Of a stretch of 64,000 nt of DNA, positions 11,601 to 23,600 are shown piece after piece; the stretch's first letter is position 1; every line of letters starts with the position of its first letter. The DNA is from Camelus dromedarius (Eukaryota). The DNA lies in contig NC_087472.1 of the NCBI RefSeq assembly GCF_036321535.1, positions 96,846,001 through 96,910,000 of the forward strand, read 5' to 3'. The notes under the pieces were generated by a model. The model was not told the origin of the DNA and ran no database searches. It saw only the letters and a list, made by a program, of their open reading frames with translations. Position numbers and translations under genes: made by a program.

Positions 11601-14600
11601 GAAAAAGAAGGATGTCTACTACTTCTGAATTGTCATAATTATTTAATTATGTATAAAATGTAGATTCCTATTTAACAGTTATGCTCTTATTAATCCTTCT
11701 TTCTCATAACTTTTTAAAAAAAAGTCTTAAATTTACCAAAAAGTTGCACATAACAGTACAAAGAATTGTTCCTTCCTGAATCATGTGAGAGTATATTACT
11801 GACACGATGCTCATCACCTCCAAATATTTTTCACGTGTATTTCCTACAAACCAGGATATTCTCCTTCGTAACCATAATACAACCCTCAAAGTCAAGAATT
11901 TGACGCTAATACTTTTTTTTCAATGATGAGAATTTTTTTTATTGAGTTATAGTCAGTTTACAATGCTGTGTCAATTTCCAGTGTAGAGCACAATTTTTCA
12001 GTTATACATGAACATACTTATATTCATTGTCACATTCTTTTTCACTGTGAGCTACCACAAGATCTTGTATATATTTCTCTGTGCTATACAGTATAATCTT
12101 GTTTATCTATTCTACATATGCCTGTCAGTATCTACAAATTTCCAACTCCCAGTCTGTCCCTTCCCACCCCTCTCCCCTGACACTAATACTTCAGTAGTAT
12201 AATCCTCAGACCCCATTCAACTTCCCCCAGAGGTTCTTTATAGTAGAAGGATCCAGTTCCAAATCACATGTTGCATTTAATTGTCATGTCAGGGATAGCT
12301 CCTCAGTCTTCCCCTAACTTTCATGACCTTGACACTTTTGTAGGTTGTGGGCCAATTCTTTTGTGAAATTTCTCTCAATTTAGGTTTCTCTGATGCTTCC
12401 CCAAGATTAGATTTGGGACATGCATCTTTAATAGGAGTGTTCCAGAAGGCATGCTGTGTTTTTATTGCATCCTATCAAGGGGTACATAATTTTAGTTTGT
12501 CCAGTTACTGTGGTGTTAACTTTGAGTCATTGATGAGGGTGGTGTCTGCCAGGCTTCTTCACTATAAAGTTACTCTTTTCCCCTTTGTGATTAGTACCTT
12601 GTAGGGAGGTGCTTTGAGACCTTGTAAATATCCCATTCCTCATCAGACTTTTATCAATTTATTCTTTTAAAATCACTGTGGACTCAGGGATTCCTATTTT
12701 ATTGAATGGGTTATAATAGATTTCTATCATCTATTTTAATGCTCAAATTGTCCCAGGACTGTTCTGCTCTCTTCATGCTGCCTTTTGTGGTTTGTTTGTT
12801 TTTTGATGTATCCCCATCATTCTTTGAGCACTTCCTCACTTTCTGGTACAGCAGATGTTCTAGGCTCACTTGTACTCTCCCTGCCCCATTCCTGGAATCA
12901 GCCAAATCTCCAGGGAGCCCAGATTCTTTTTAATGGAGAATGATATCTAGAAACCAAGATCTGGGTGCTGGGAGTGGTCGTTGCTGCTGGGGTATCACTG
13001 TTCCCATGCCCTTTCAGTGGGTGAGTATTTGCACATACACATGCATTTACATCTATGTCTCTCTGTCTTTGAAAACCCCGGGTTCATACTAATTGTTCCT
13101 ATTCCAGTTCAACACCACAGGTGCTTTCTTATTTACTCACTTTTTCACATTTGTAATTCCTTTCTCCAACTGGCTCCATTATCCATAATACATTTACTTA
13201 TTTGATCAATTCCCCTGAATGTAGCCAGTTCCATATTGCTGCCACCCTGAACCCCATCATGAATGCCCCCCCACCTCACTGGGGTTCTGCCCCATACCAG
13301 GTTCCCTTGTGCAGGTCACCCTCCTCGTTGTGCTCAGGCTGCAGTGTGCTGTGCCATCACTCTCGTTGCCTCTCTGCATGTCCTCCTGGCTCCGCTTGGT
13401 CTTCAGCACCCTACTCTGGGCTATCTTGCTTGCTCCTACCTAATGGCTTTTGGACTGAATTGTTAGGAAAGTGTTTAAAGAAAGCATCTAGAGGGAGGGT
13501 ATAGCTCAGTGGTAGAGCATGTGCTTAGCGTGCACGAGGTCCTGGGTTCAAGCTCCAGTATGTCCATTAAAAATTAATTAATAAATACACCTGCTTACCT
13601 CCTCCCCTAAAAAAACTAAAAAAATTTTCTTAAAAAATATAAAGTGTCTAATAACCTTTAAAATAGAGACATAAGTCCATTGTTAGGCTTACACCAAGCT
13701 CCATTTTTCTTCGCATTAAATAAACCTGGCCTTAAAAAAAAATCACACACACACATACACACACACACACACGACTTTGGTTTACTTGGGTGTTCCTAAG
13801 TACACAGACTCTCCTGCCACTACTCGCTTTTCCTTACAACCTCTTATTGATGGCCAATCCCTTTCACGTGTTCACTTGATTCTGTTCCTTCTATTTCTTC
13901 AAGGAACTTGGCTTATCACGTATGCTTTCTCCCTCATATCTCCAGCCTTTTCTCACCTTCACTTTTCCCTCAACTTATAAACATGTTCAGAGCTCTTCCA
14001 TCTTACAATGAAAAACAGCTAAAATCCCCTTCCCTGTTAAAACTCTCAAATTCTCTTTCTCTCTTACTTCAGAGCTAACTTTCTGGAAAGAGTTAGAAAA
14101 AAAAGCATTTGTTCATTGCCTCTATATCCTGCCCTCGTGTTATTTCCCAGTCTGCCGTGTTCTGGCTTCGTCCCCTGGGCCGTTAGCTGCTGTTGCCAAG
14201 CTCTCCGTTGACTCTTACTGTGTGACCTCAAGGTACTTCTCAGGGCTTACCAGACCCCTTTGAGGCTCCTGATAATGTCCAGCTCATCCTTGGGCTTTGG
14301 TGACATTTCCTCCTGCCTCTCAGGCTGCTCCTTCCCAGTCTCCTTTGTAGGTTCCTCTTTCTCTTTTGATTCCTTAAATGTTGCTTATCTCCAGGGTTTG
14401 TCTTCTGCTTTTTTAAAAATTGTTATTATCTGCACATTCTCTGTGAATAATCTTGTTTACTCCCAGTGTTTCAGTTGCTATCAATATGCAGAATACTTAG
14501 GAAGCTACATTTTCTGCTTTTCTGAGTTGCAGACCAGTTTGCCCTCCTGCCTGCTAGATATCTTCATTTGGATGTGCCCTGAGTTTCTCGAATTCAACAT

Positions 14601-17600
14601 GTTGAAAACAGCCCATTCTGCTTTTCCTGTACTATATTCTCTTTCTCAATGAATGGTACACAGTCTTCACTCATGCAGGTTAGAAACCTGAGTTGATTCA
14701 AGTCTTGTCAAGTCTGCCTTCTCCTTAGCTCTTCTCTTCTCTTCATTTCCACTAATATTGCCATAGGTCAGACACATATGATTTCTGGGTACCACAAAGG
14801 TTTTTAAATGGAATTTCTTGCCTTTCATCCCTCATGCCCCCGGTACATCCATTAGCAGATGTGTGGATGGGAGGATTTATTGTTAGTCAACAAATATTTA
14901 TATTGACCACAGATCCTGTCCTGAAGGTTGATGATACAAATTTGAATGAGTCATAGCAGAAGCAGGGAGGCCACTAAAGAAGTACAGTACAACTTTGAAT
15001 GAGTTGATATTTGTAAGGTACATAGAACCATGCTTGGCACATATAAATGCTTGTTAAAATATGGAAAGTACGTAGATAACCACAAGGCAGTGTAGGAACT
15101 GAGGGTGTTACAGGGAAGGAGGGATAAATGAGTGAAATAATAGCTTCATAATTAGGAAAGCGTCAGGAGAAAAACAGGTAGCTGAATCCTTGTGATTTGT
15201 TTCTTTTTTTTAGAAGATGTTGGGTGCTGTCAGACTCATGTGCTAGGGTCTTCTGATTTAGTTACTGTGTCTCTGTGAGTGATAACAAGCTACCTGGTAG
15301 GCCTGGGTTTGGACTTCAGTTTCCTCACCAAATCTCAAATTGAGCAGGCATTCACATTAGATGATCCCCAGATTTCATCAGTGTGTATAAACCTTTGGTC
15401 CTATCATAAGGCCAGTAGTAGAATGTGGTGGGTTGGGTCTTCAAAACAAGAAAAGACATCTTATGGCTTTCTGGGAATAAATTACGAATGTTGAAAAAAA
15501 TTTTGCTCTTGCTTTATTTGGTTCTTTTCTGTTTTTCTACAGTTCTTATTTGCTACATGCACACCAAAATCCATTCAGCTAAAATGTCTCCATTATCAAT
15601 AGTTACAGCCCTGGTGGACAAGATTGGTAAGTGATACTATTTTCTATGCATACTTAGCATTTTTAGTAATTACAAAATATTATTGAGATTAGAGGAAATA
15701 TTTTCCTTTTAGGGGCAATTTTTATATACATATGCATATGAAAGTGTCTAGAATGCTATATACCAAGATATTTATTATAATTATCTTTAAGTGGAAGGGT
15801 TTTGCATGATTCCAGTTTTATTTTTTATGTTCTTTGCATTGTTTACATTTTTCCAAAAGACATCCAAATTTCTTTTGTATATCAAAAAATTTATTTTTAG
15901 TTTTGAAGACAAAAAGGAAATGTAGTGGAATGTGCCACAATTTTAAATGAAATTGTCCATTTACAGAAAATTTGGGGTGTGGTTTAGGCTCAGATTGATT
16001 TTCTGTTTTGTAGATATGTGTAAGAAGAGCTTAAGCCCAGAACAGGACATCAAGTTCAGTGGCCATGTTTGTTGGGTTGGGAAGACATCCATGGAAGTGA
16101 AGATACAAATGTTCCAGGTGCGTCTGCGCCCGCCCAAACACTGCCCTTTTGTTCTGATACAGCTGGCCAGTCTCAGTGAAAGAAAAGCTTTTAAAGCTTG
16201 AATCTCCATAGACAGGTGTATAGCTCACCACTTCTAGAAAAATAATTCAAGTGCACATCATATGCATGGTGTGTTGTGAATATCGTCTTCCTGGATGAAG
16301 ACTGACAGATTATTTGGTGTTTATGTTTAGTGTTTATTATGTTCAAATCATATACAGCTCCATGTTAAGGTTCTTATTTCTGGGTTTTGCCCAAGAGAAT
16401 TTCACAACAGTTTGAGTTACATTAAGTATGAATGGGATTGGTTCCTGTTGGTTTCCAAGGACTGCTGTACCAAAGTACCCCAAACCAGGTGGCTTGAAAC
16501 AACAGAAATTAATTGTCTTATGGTTGGGAGGTTAGACATCCAAAATCAAGGTCTCAGCAGGACCCTGCTCCCTCTAAAACCTGCAGTGGAGAAGCCTTCC
16601 TTGCTTCTTTGAATTTTGGTGGTTTGCTGGCTCTCTGGCGTTCCTTGGTTCATAGCTGTAACATTTCAATCTCTTCCTCCTTCATCATATAGCATTTTTC
16701 TCTTGCGTCTCTTCTCTTCTTATAAGGACATAATAATACTGGATTAAGGGCCTACTTGCTCCAGTGTGACCTCATCTTACCTGATTATATCTGCAGCAAC
16801 CCTATGTCCAGATGAAGTCACATTCACACGTACTGAGGGTTAGGACTTCAACATAACTTCTTGGGGGTCACAATTCAACCCATAACAGTCACTTAGATTA
16901 TTATAGCAGTTAGGAACAGCCTCTGTAATGAGCAAAACTCAGAATAAAGAAATTCGTTAAGAAAAAGTACCTCAAAGAGGATAATAGCACAGAAATCAAA
17001 TAATTCAGAGTATGCCCAAGATTTCATTGTGAAACTTATTTAAAAATAACTTATTCAGTTATGTTAGGATATTCAATGGGTCTGTTAATTCAGATAAATT
17101 TTTTTCTGTTATAGGATTTGAAACATTTCACCTTTTGGAAAAAGTCTGAAAGTTGCTCTGTAGTAAGTTATTTGTCAGAATAGTTAAGTAGTTTTTTATT
17201 TGGTGCTGTATGTAAGCAGTTGAATTTCTTAACTCTCATGTTGATAAAACTGACAGTAATACTGCTTTTAAAGCAAAACATTATAAAGTTGTTGGGGATG
17301 CTGCTATGGTTTGTTCACAGCCTTTTTAAATTTTCACAGTTGATTCACGGTGGATTCCTGTCATAGGACCTGCTTTCTAGGGTATCTTGCCAAATAGGTT
17401 GAAAAAGAGATACAGGAGTTTTGGGGAAGAAAGAGCCAATGAAAATCAGTGTCAGAAGGACAGACTTTTGTTTTAAATTTACATTTCTCATTGGCTATTT
17501 TGATTAATAACTCATGGCTTGAGTGATCCTTTTATTCCAGAGAGGGAGCTTGGTGATAGGTGCTTTGCCTCTGGCTTGGCTCAAATGTAGGTTTAAATCC

Positions 17601-20600
17601 CAGCTCTGCTGCTATTAGCCATGTGACTGTGGGCAAATTTCTTGTCTTCTCTGAGCCTCTTGTTTCATCACCACAGTAACCACTAATCAAATGTTGGCAA
17701 TAATACTAATTTATTGCCATTATTGTGGAGATGGTCCTATATATCTCTTCTAGGCTTAACCTTCAAAGGCGTCTTTCGGGGTTCTTGTTCAATCTCTCCC
17801 CTACGTGTACTCTTGCTACCTCAAGTGCATTGTATTCCAAACTGAGTGCATCATCTTCCTTTCCAGTCCTGTTCCTCCTCTGGTTTCCCCTTTGCCGCCC
17901 TCCTGTTTCTCCCAACTCCAAACCTTTTTGAAAACTTTAATTTTCCCTTTGCTGTGCAGGCTTTTGCCAAGTCATGCAAATTCATTACCCACAGCTCTTC
18001 ACCGGAGTCCTTTCTTCCCCTTCCCCTCAGCCTCAAGCCCTCACTGCCTCTTGTGTGAGTACCTCAACTGTCTTGTAATCACTCTCTCTGCCTCTAGTCT
18101 GTTCTCTCTCTATTAGTTTTACACATTTCTGCTGGATGGATCTTCCAAAGCTGATCTTCAGTCATATCACTTCCCTTCTCAAAAATCTTCAGTGACCGTT
18201 ATCTGGATTAAAGTCTAAATTCTTTTGACTAGTTAGGAACCAAAGTGCTTTATAAACTAGCGACAACCTACCTTTGCAGCTGTATTCCCTCCAACTTACC
18301 TACCTTCTTAGAGCTTACTACTGGACACCTTGAGCATCCTAAGAGCGGGGAGTTATTCATCTTGCATTGCCGATGCTTAGCACTAGTAGGTGTTCATTAT
18401 AATAAACTGGAACTTAAGCAGCAGGTGAGCAGATGACTATCCTTGCGTATACTTTTCCCTGTGCCTGGACTCCTTGGGCTCTGACTCTGCACAGCCCCAT
18501 TCCACTGGTGCTTCTGGGTCACTTCCTGCCCAAATCCTTCCCCAATCCTTTTGGTTCATGGTACCTATTCCTTCCCAACACCTCCTTCCTCAGTACCCTT
18601 CCTCTGACCCTCTCTCCTGGCACCTGCCGTTCCCTGCTCTGCAGATCTGTGTCTGGACATGTGTTTTCTCTTCCACTAGACTATGTGCGCCTGATGACAG
18701 GATCTGGGTGTGAGTCACCTAGCCTGCTTCCTGACAGCCTTTCATTTGACATTCACTTAGCAGTGGTTTATGGAGTGTCTCTTCTGTGCTTGGTGTATAG
18801 CCATGAGCAAGACAGAAGGTTCCACTCTGCTGAAGTTCACATGCTAGTGGTGCTCAATAGTTACCTGCCTCAGTTCATTCGTCGGCAGTCATTGATTGGG
18901 TGTCTGCTGTCTGCTAATCTTTGTGCCAAGTGCTAGGGATACAGACGTGAATAAAAATGGTCTTTGTCCTCAAGGAGCTTACGGTGCAGTAGGGAGACAC
19001 ACATAAATAAATGACCATGATATAGTATGCTAAGTATTATGCACTATTTCTCAACAGGGATGCTCTTGGCCTTGTATGTGAGAAAATTCTTTGTTCTGCA
19101 TTATGAGCTGCTTAGCTCTTTGGTTACATCTGCTGTGCTAGTAATGTCCCCCAAGTTATGTCACGACTGAAACCAGCCCTGTGCACTTTCACGTGTCCCC
19201 TAGGGGGTGGTGTCCTCCTCTCCTGTTGAGGACCACTGTCAGGAGAGGGCTCTGTTTTCACCTAGGTGGCAGGCAGAGGAAGGAATGGTGAGCTCTGCCT
19301 GAGGAGTCTGGATGTGGCCAGGAGGGGAGGAGTGTCTTGAGGAGTGCAGGCCTGAGGGAGGCATCAGGCAAAGGCAAGGAGGGGAGTTGAATCAGGTGAC
19401 AGCATGGGACATTCCAGGACCTCCAGCTTGTCAGCTGTGGCTCGAGGAAAAGGTGCAGGCACAAGGGGAGTGTGTGGTGAACAACCAGAGAGGAATCTGG
19501 GCTCTGTTGTGGAGGCTGTATGCACAGTGCCAGCAGGCTTAGACCAGATGCCGGGAGAAAGGGGGAACTCCTGAGAGGTCTGAACGGGACAGGTGTACAG
19601 GAAGATTGGGGACTCTTCCCGTAGCTGAGGGGGAAGGTGATAAGGGCCTGAACAGGCAGCAGGATGAGGACTAGTGAGGAGGTTTGTTGCGGATGACACC
19701 AAATATACTCTCAGGTTACAAGATGACTTTATGATAATGACTTTCCTGTAAGTACAGACTTCTAAGGGTAAAGAAATACCTTAAAATCTCAATGGCCTGT
19801 GCACTGTAAATATTTAGCTTAATTCACAGAATTCTCACTTACCTTACCCCTTCTTGGGAGTCCCTGTGCTCTGCTAAGGAAACAAACATGTCCTGGTAGT
19901 TGGCACGCTCAAGTTCCCTGTGAGAGTGGTGGGAGGTTTGCCTGGCCGGGTGTGCCAATGTGAGGACGGGTGGGCCTGAAGAGAGCAAGAGTCTGCCAGG
20001 TGCAGGGCAGCACGTGATGGTGGTACAGAGGGTCCCTCTGTGACCTTTGCCCTTGGGTCCCGGTCCTGCTCAGCTCCTGTAGTTTGTGCCCATCCCAGCA
20101 CTTCTCGCACCGGGCACTGTGGGTTTTGGGCATCTCTCTCCCGCGCTAGACTACAGGCTCCTTGTAAATGTGTTTCTACATCTGCATTTTCTTTCCTTTG
20201 TTCTCTAGTTACATGGTAATGAGTTTTGTCCTGTTTTGGATGCAACATTTGTAATGGTGGCTCGTGATTCTGAAAATAAAGGGTAATTACTATTTTTTCT
20301 TAATTCTTTATTTGGAAAAATATCCAAGATACATAAAAATGGAGAGAAAGCTATAGTGAATTTCCATATACCATCACCTACACTTAAGAGTTTAAACATT
20401 TTTGCCATATTTGTTTCTTCTGTTTTTTAAAAGTATATTCTCTTTGTAATATTTTAAAGCAAATCCCAGACATAATGACATTTCACCTCTAAATACTATA
20501 GCGTAGGCATATCTTTAAAAACGAGGATAGTTTCGCAAATAACTGCATTACCATTAGCATGCCTAAGAAAAATAATAAGTCCTTAATATATTCCAATAGT

Positions 20601-23600
20601 CAGTTCATACTCAGTTTTCTTTTTAACAATTTGTTCACATCAGGTTCCAAACAAGGTCCACATTATTATATTTGGTTTGTATGTCTCGTAAGTCTTTTTT
20701 TGTTAACAGCTTTATTGAGATATAATTTACATACCATACAATTCACCCATTAAAAGTATATAATTTAATGGCCTTTAGTATATTCACAGAGTTGTGTAAT
20801 CTCTTGTTTGTTTTAATCCAGAATAGGTGTGTTTCCCACTGTCCCCTATTGTTTCAGATCATTAACTCGTTGAAAGCCTGGATTGATTGAGCTATACAGT
20901 GTTCCACTTTCTGGATTTACCTCATTGTTTCCTCTTTTTTTTTTTTTTTTTTTTACTTTTTAAACTATCCCTAGTATTTTCTGTAAATTGAAGTTAGATC
21001 TACAAATTTGGGTTCAGTATATTTGGTGAGCGCACTTTGTAGGTGATGCTCTCTCTGTATTTCATATTGTATCATGTCGGGAGGTGCAGATTGTCTCACT
21101 CATAGTAATATTAAGATTGATGCATGGGTTCAAGTAGTGACAGACTGATCTTCCCATTGTGTAGTTCAGTTTATCCTCTTATGATCAGCAATAATGTACA
21201 GGTGTAGAACAGTATAAGGCGTATCCAAAGTACGCTTTGTCATCCTGTGCGTAGCTGGTTCCCCGTCACTCTTTCACCAGTGCTTTTGATGTCCGTTGCT
21301 GATCAGTGCTTTAACCATTCTCATTAGGGGATGTCAGATGATTCTCAAGTTCTGTCATTCTTTCTATATTTATTAACTGGAGATCTGTAAAGAAGAATTT
21401 TCACTTATCAACTAGGGCAGTTTGGTTTGTAAAGGAAAGTCAGGATCAGTGTTTCATTCTTGCCTTTATCTACACATTTACTAGCTAGTGATGACATAGT
21501 TTTTCTACTGTTTTGGCTTTCGGAAAAAGTATCGTGAGTTCATGGATTCCAGTATGGTAAATATATTTCAGTAAATGGCAGCCTACTATTCTTCCTGCTG
21601 CTGCGAGTGTACATCTTTGGTCAGCGGGAGCTCCTTCAAGCTGGCTCCTGTGATAAGCTATTTTGACATTTCCCCTCTAGTCTTTGATACCCTCCTGCTC
21701 TCTGGTGCAATGAGGTATCTTAGGCTTATCCTATACATTTCTTGCTCTGGGCCTGGAATCTGCCGTTTCTCCAAGGAGTCCTCAAGTTCCTTTTAGTGAG
21801 AAACCGGTATTTATTTAGACACTAAAATCTGGGTACGCGAACTGTACATTGTAACTGGTTTGTCATTGTTTCTAGGCCTTTTCAGTGGATGAATGTTAAA
21901 AAGCAAACCTCTTGTCTTGAGTTTATACTGTTATTTCCAAGTCAAGTTTAACTTTAACTTATTTGGCTTTATACTTTATCTTTTTTCTCTTAAACTGAAT
22001 TCTTGTTTCCCAATAACAGTTACACCCAAGGCATTCAGAGTGGGAAAAACTATTTCATTATATGTGTGGGACTGAGGTGGGAGGGAATATTGCAGGATTG
22101 CTGTTTGTACAGGACAGAGTCTAGAGGCCTATGGGTAGTCTAATTTGTTTTAGAAACTTTAGAGTCTGTAATGAGAAATTTCTTCTGCTGTATGAAAAGC
22201 TGACTTGGAAAACTCAGTTAAGATTGGAAAACACCTCGGTGACTCCAATCTGAGCGAAGAATGAATACCTCGGTCTTCTCTAGCTCCTCCCACCAGCTCC
22301 AGCCGACCTGGCGCTTCTAGTGGCTGGCCTGGGGCTCCTTTTCTATCACTGGGGGCGTTACTTGAAGCTTCTTTCCCAGCTGATGCCATTTTCCAAGCTG
22401 CCATTTCAGTTCTTTTGTTTCCATTTTTGTTGCATCAAACCTTTGGATTCTACCACAGTGAAATCCTATCCCTTTTCTCAGTGTTTTATCTTGAAAAATT
22501 TGACACTTACAGAAATGCAGAAAGAACAATGCAATGAGCATCCATATACCCTTCACCTAAATTCACCAATTACCACTTGACCACATTTGCCGTACTCTTG
22601 CCTTCTCTATAAATACATACACCTTTTCCCCCAGAATCAAAATTTGAGACTACTTCATCCATAAATATTACAGCATGTATCTCCTAAGTATAAGATAATT
22701 CTCTTATATAATCTCAGTGCCTTTATTATATCCAAGAAATTTAACAGTGATACAATTATATTACCTAATGTATGATGCATATTCAAACTTTGCCAGTTGT
22801 CCCTAAAATATTTATAGCCTTCCCCCCTCCCCCCCAGTGACCAGGGACCATGTATTATATGTGGTTATCATGTTTCTTTAAAATAACCACCCTTACCACT
22901 TTCTGTCTTTTGACACTGACATTTTTGAAGAGTCCAGGCTGGCTTTCCTGTAGAATGTTGTAAACCTATTTTTAACTGTTTCCTCATGATTAGAATCAGG
23001 TGAAACATTTTGGAAAGTGGCCGTATCCTTTCTAGAGCATGAACTTTCTAGTCTACAGATAAGTCTGTGACTAGAAGGCTCCCCTAATTGTTGCAGAGTT
23101 CTTAGGTGAAGTAGTTAGGAAGCCTTACCCATGGTGAACATTTTCAGTCTTTATTAAGTAATGGCGTGTCTTTAATCTATTCTTTTCTTTTCTTCTCTTT
23201 AGGCCGGCATTTGTAAATCCACTCGTCCTTGAAAGCCCAGAGGAAGAAGAGCTCTTTAGACAAGGAGAATGTATATTAATTTGTTCATAATAAGATACAA
23301 TTTAGAAAGCACATTAACTGTAATGCCGAGGAGATTATTTAAAACTATGTATGGACTCCTCATACCCGTCAGGTGTCTGGAACGAGAAATTACCTTATTT
23401 CTTTATTTCACAGAGTCCATACTTTGAACAGTTTTATCGATCATGCAATATTAAGTGAAGTAATTTGTTTTCTCATTTTTAATGAAACGGGGAATGTATC
23501 TTAATAAAAAAACTGCTGGTCGGGGCCGTAGGTCAAGATGATTGTAAGTGGTCTTACAATGAACCGATATAATTTCTATCTGAAAGCAAAGAATCACAGG

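Noticed and set aside
18433..18936. 167-aa plus-strand ORF in ACOT9 intron 8
   Set aside because: Low-information Leu/Ser/Pro-rich translation of pyrimidine-rich, L2-like intronic sequence
23271..23280. GTATAT donor of ACOT9 intron 10 as a U12-type intron
   Set aside because: Lacks the GTATCCTT 5' consensus and a TCCTTAAC branch site; it is a weak U2 donor
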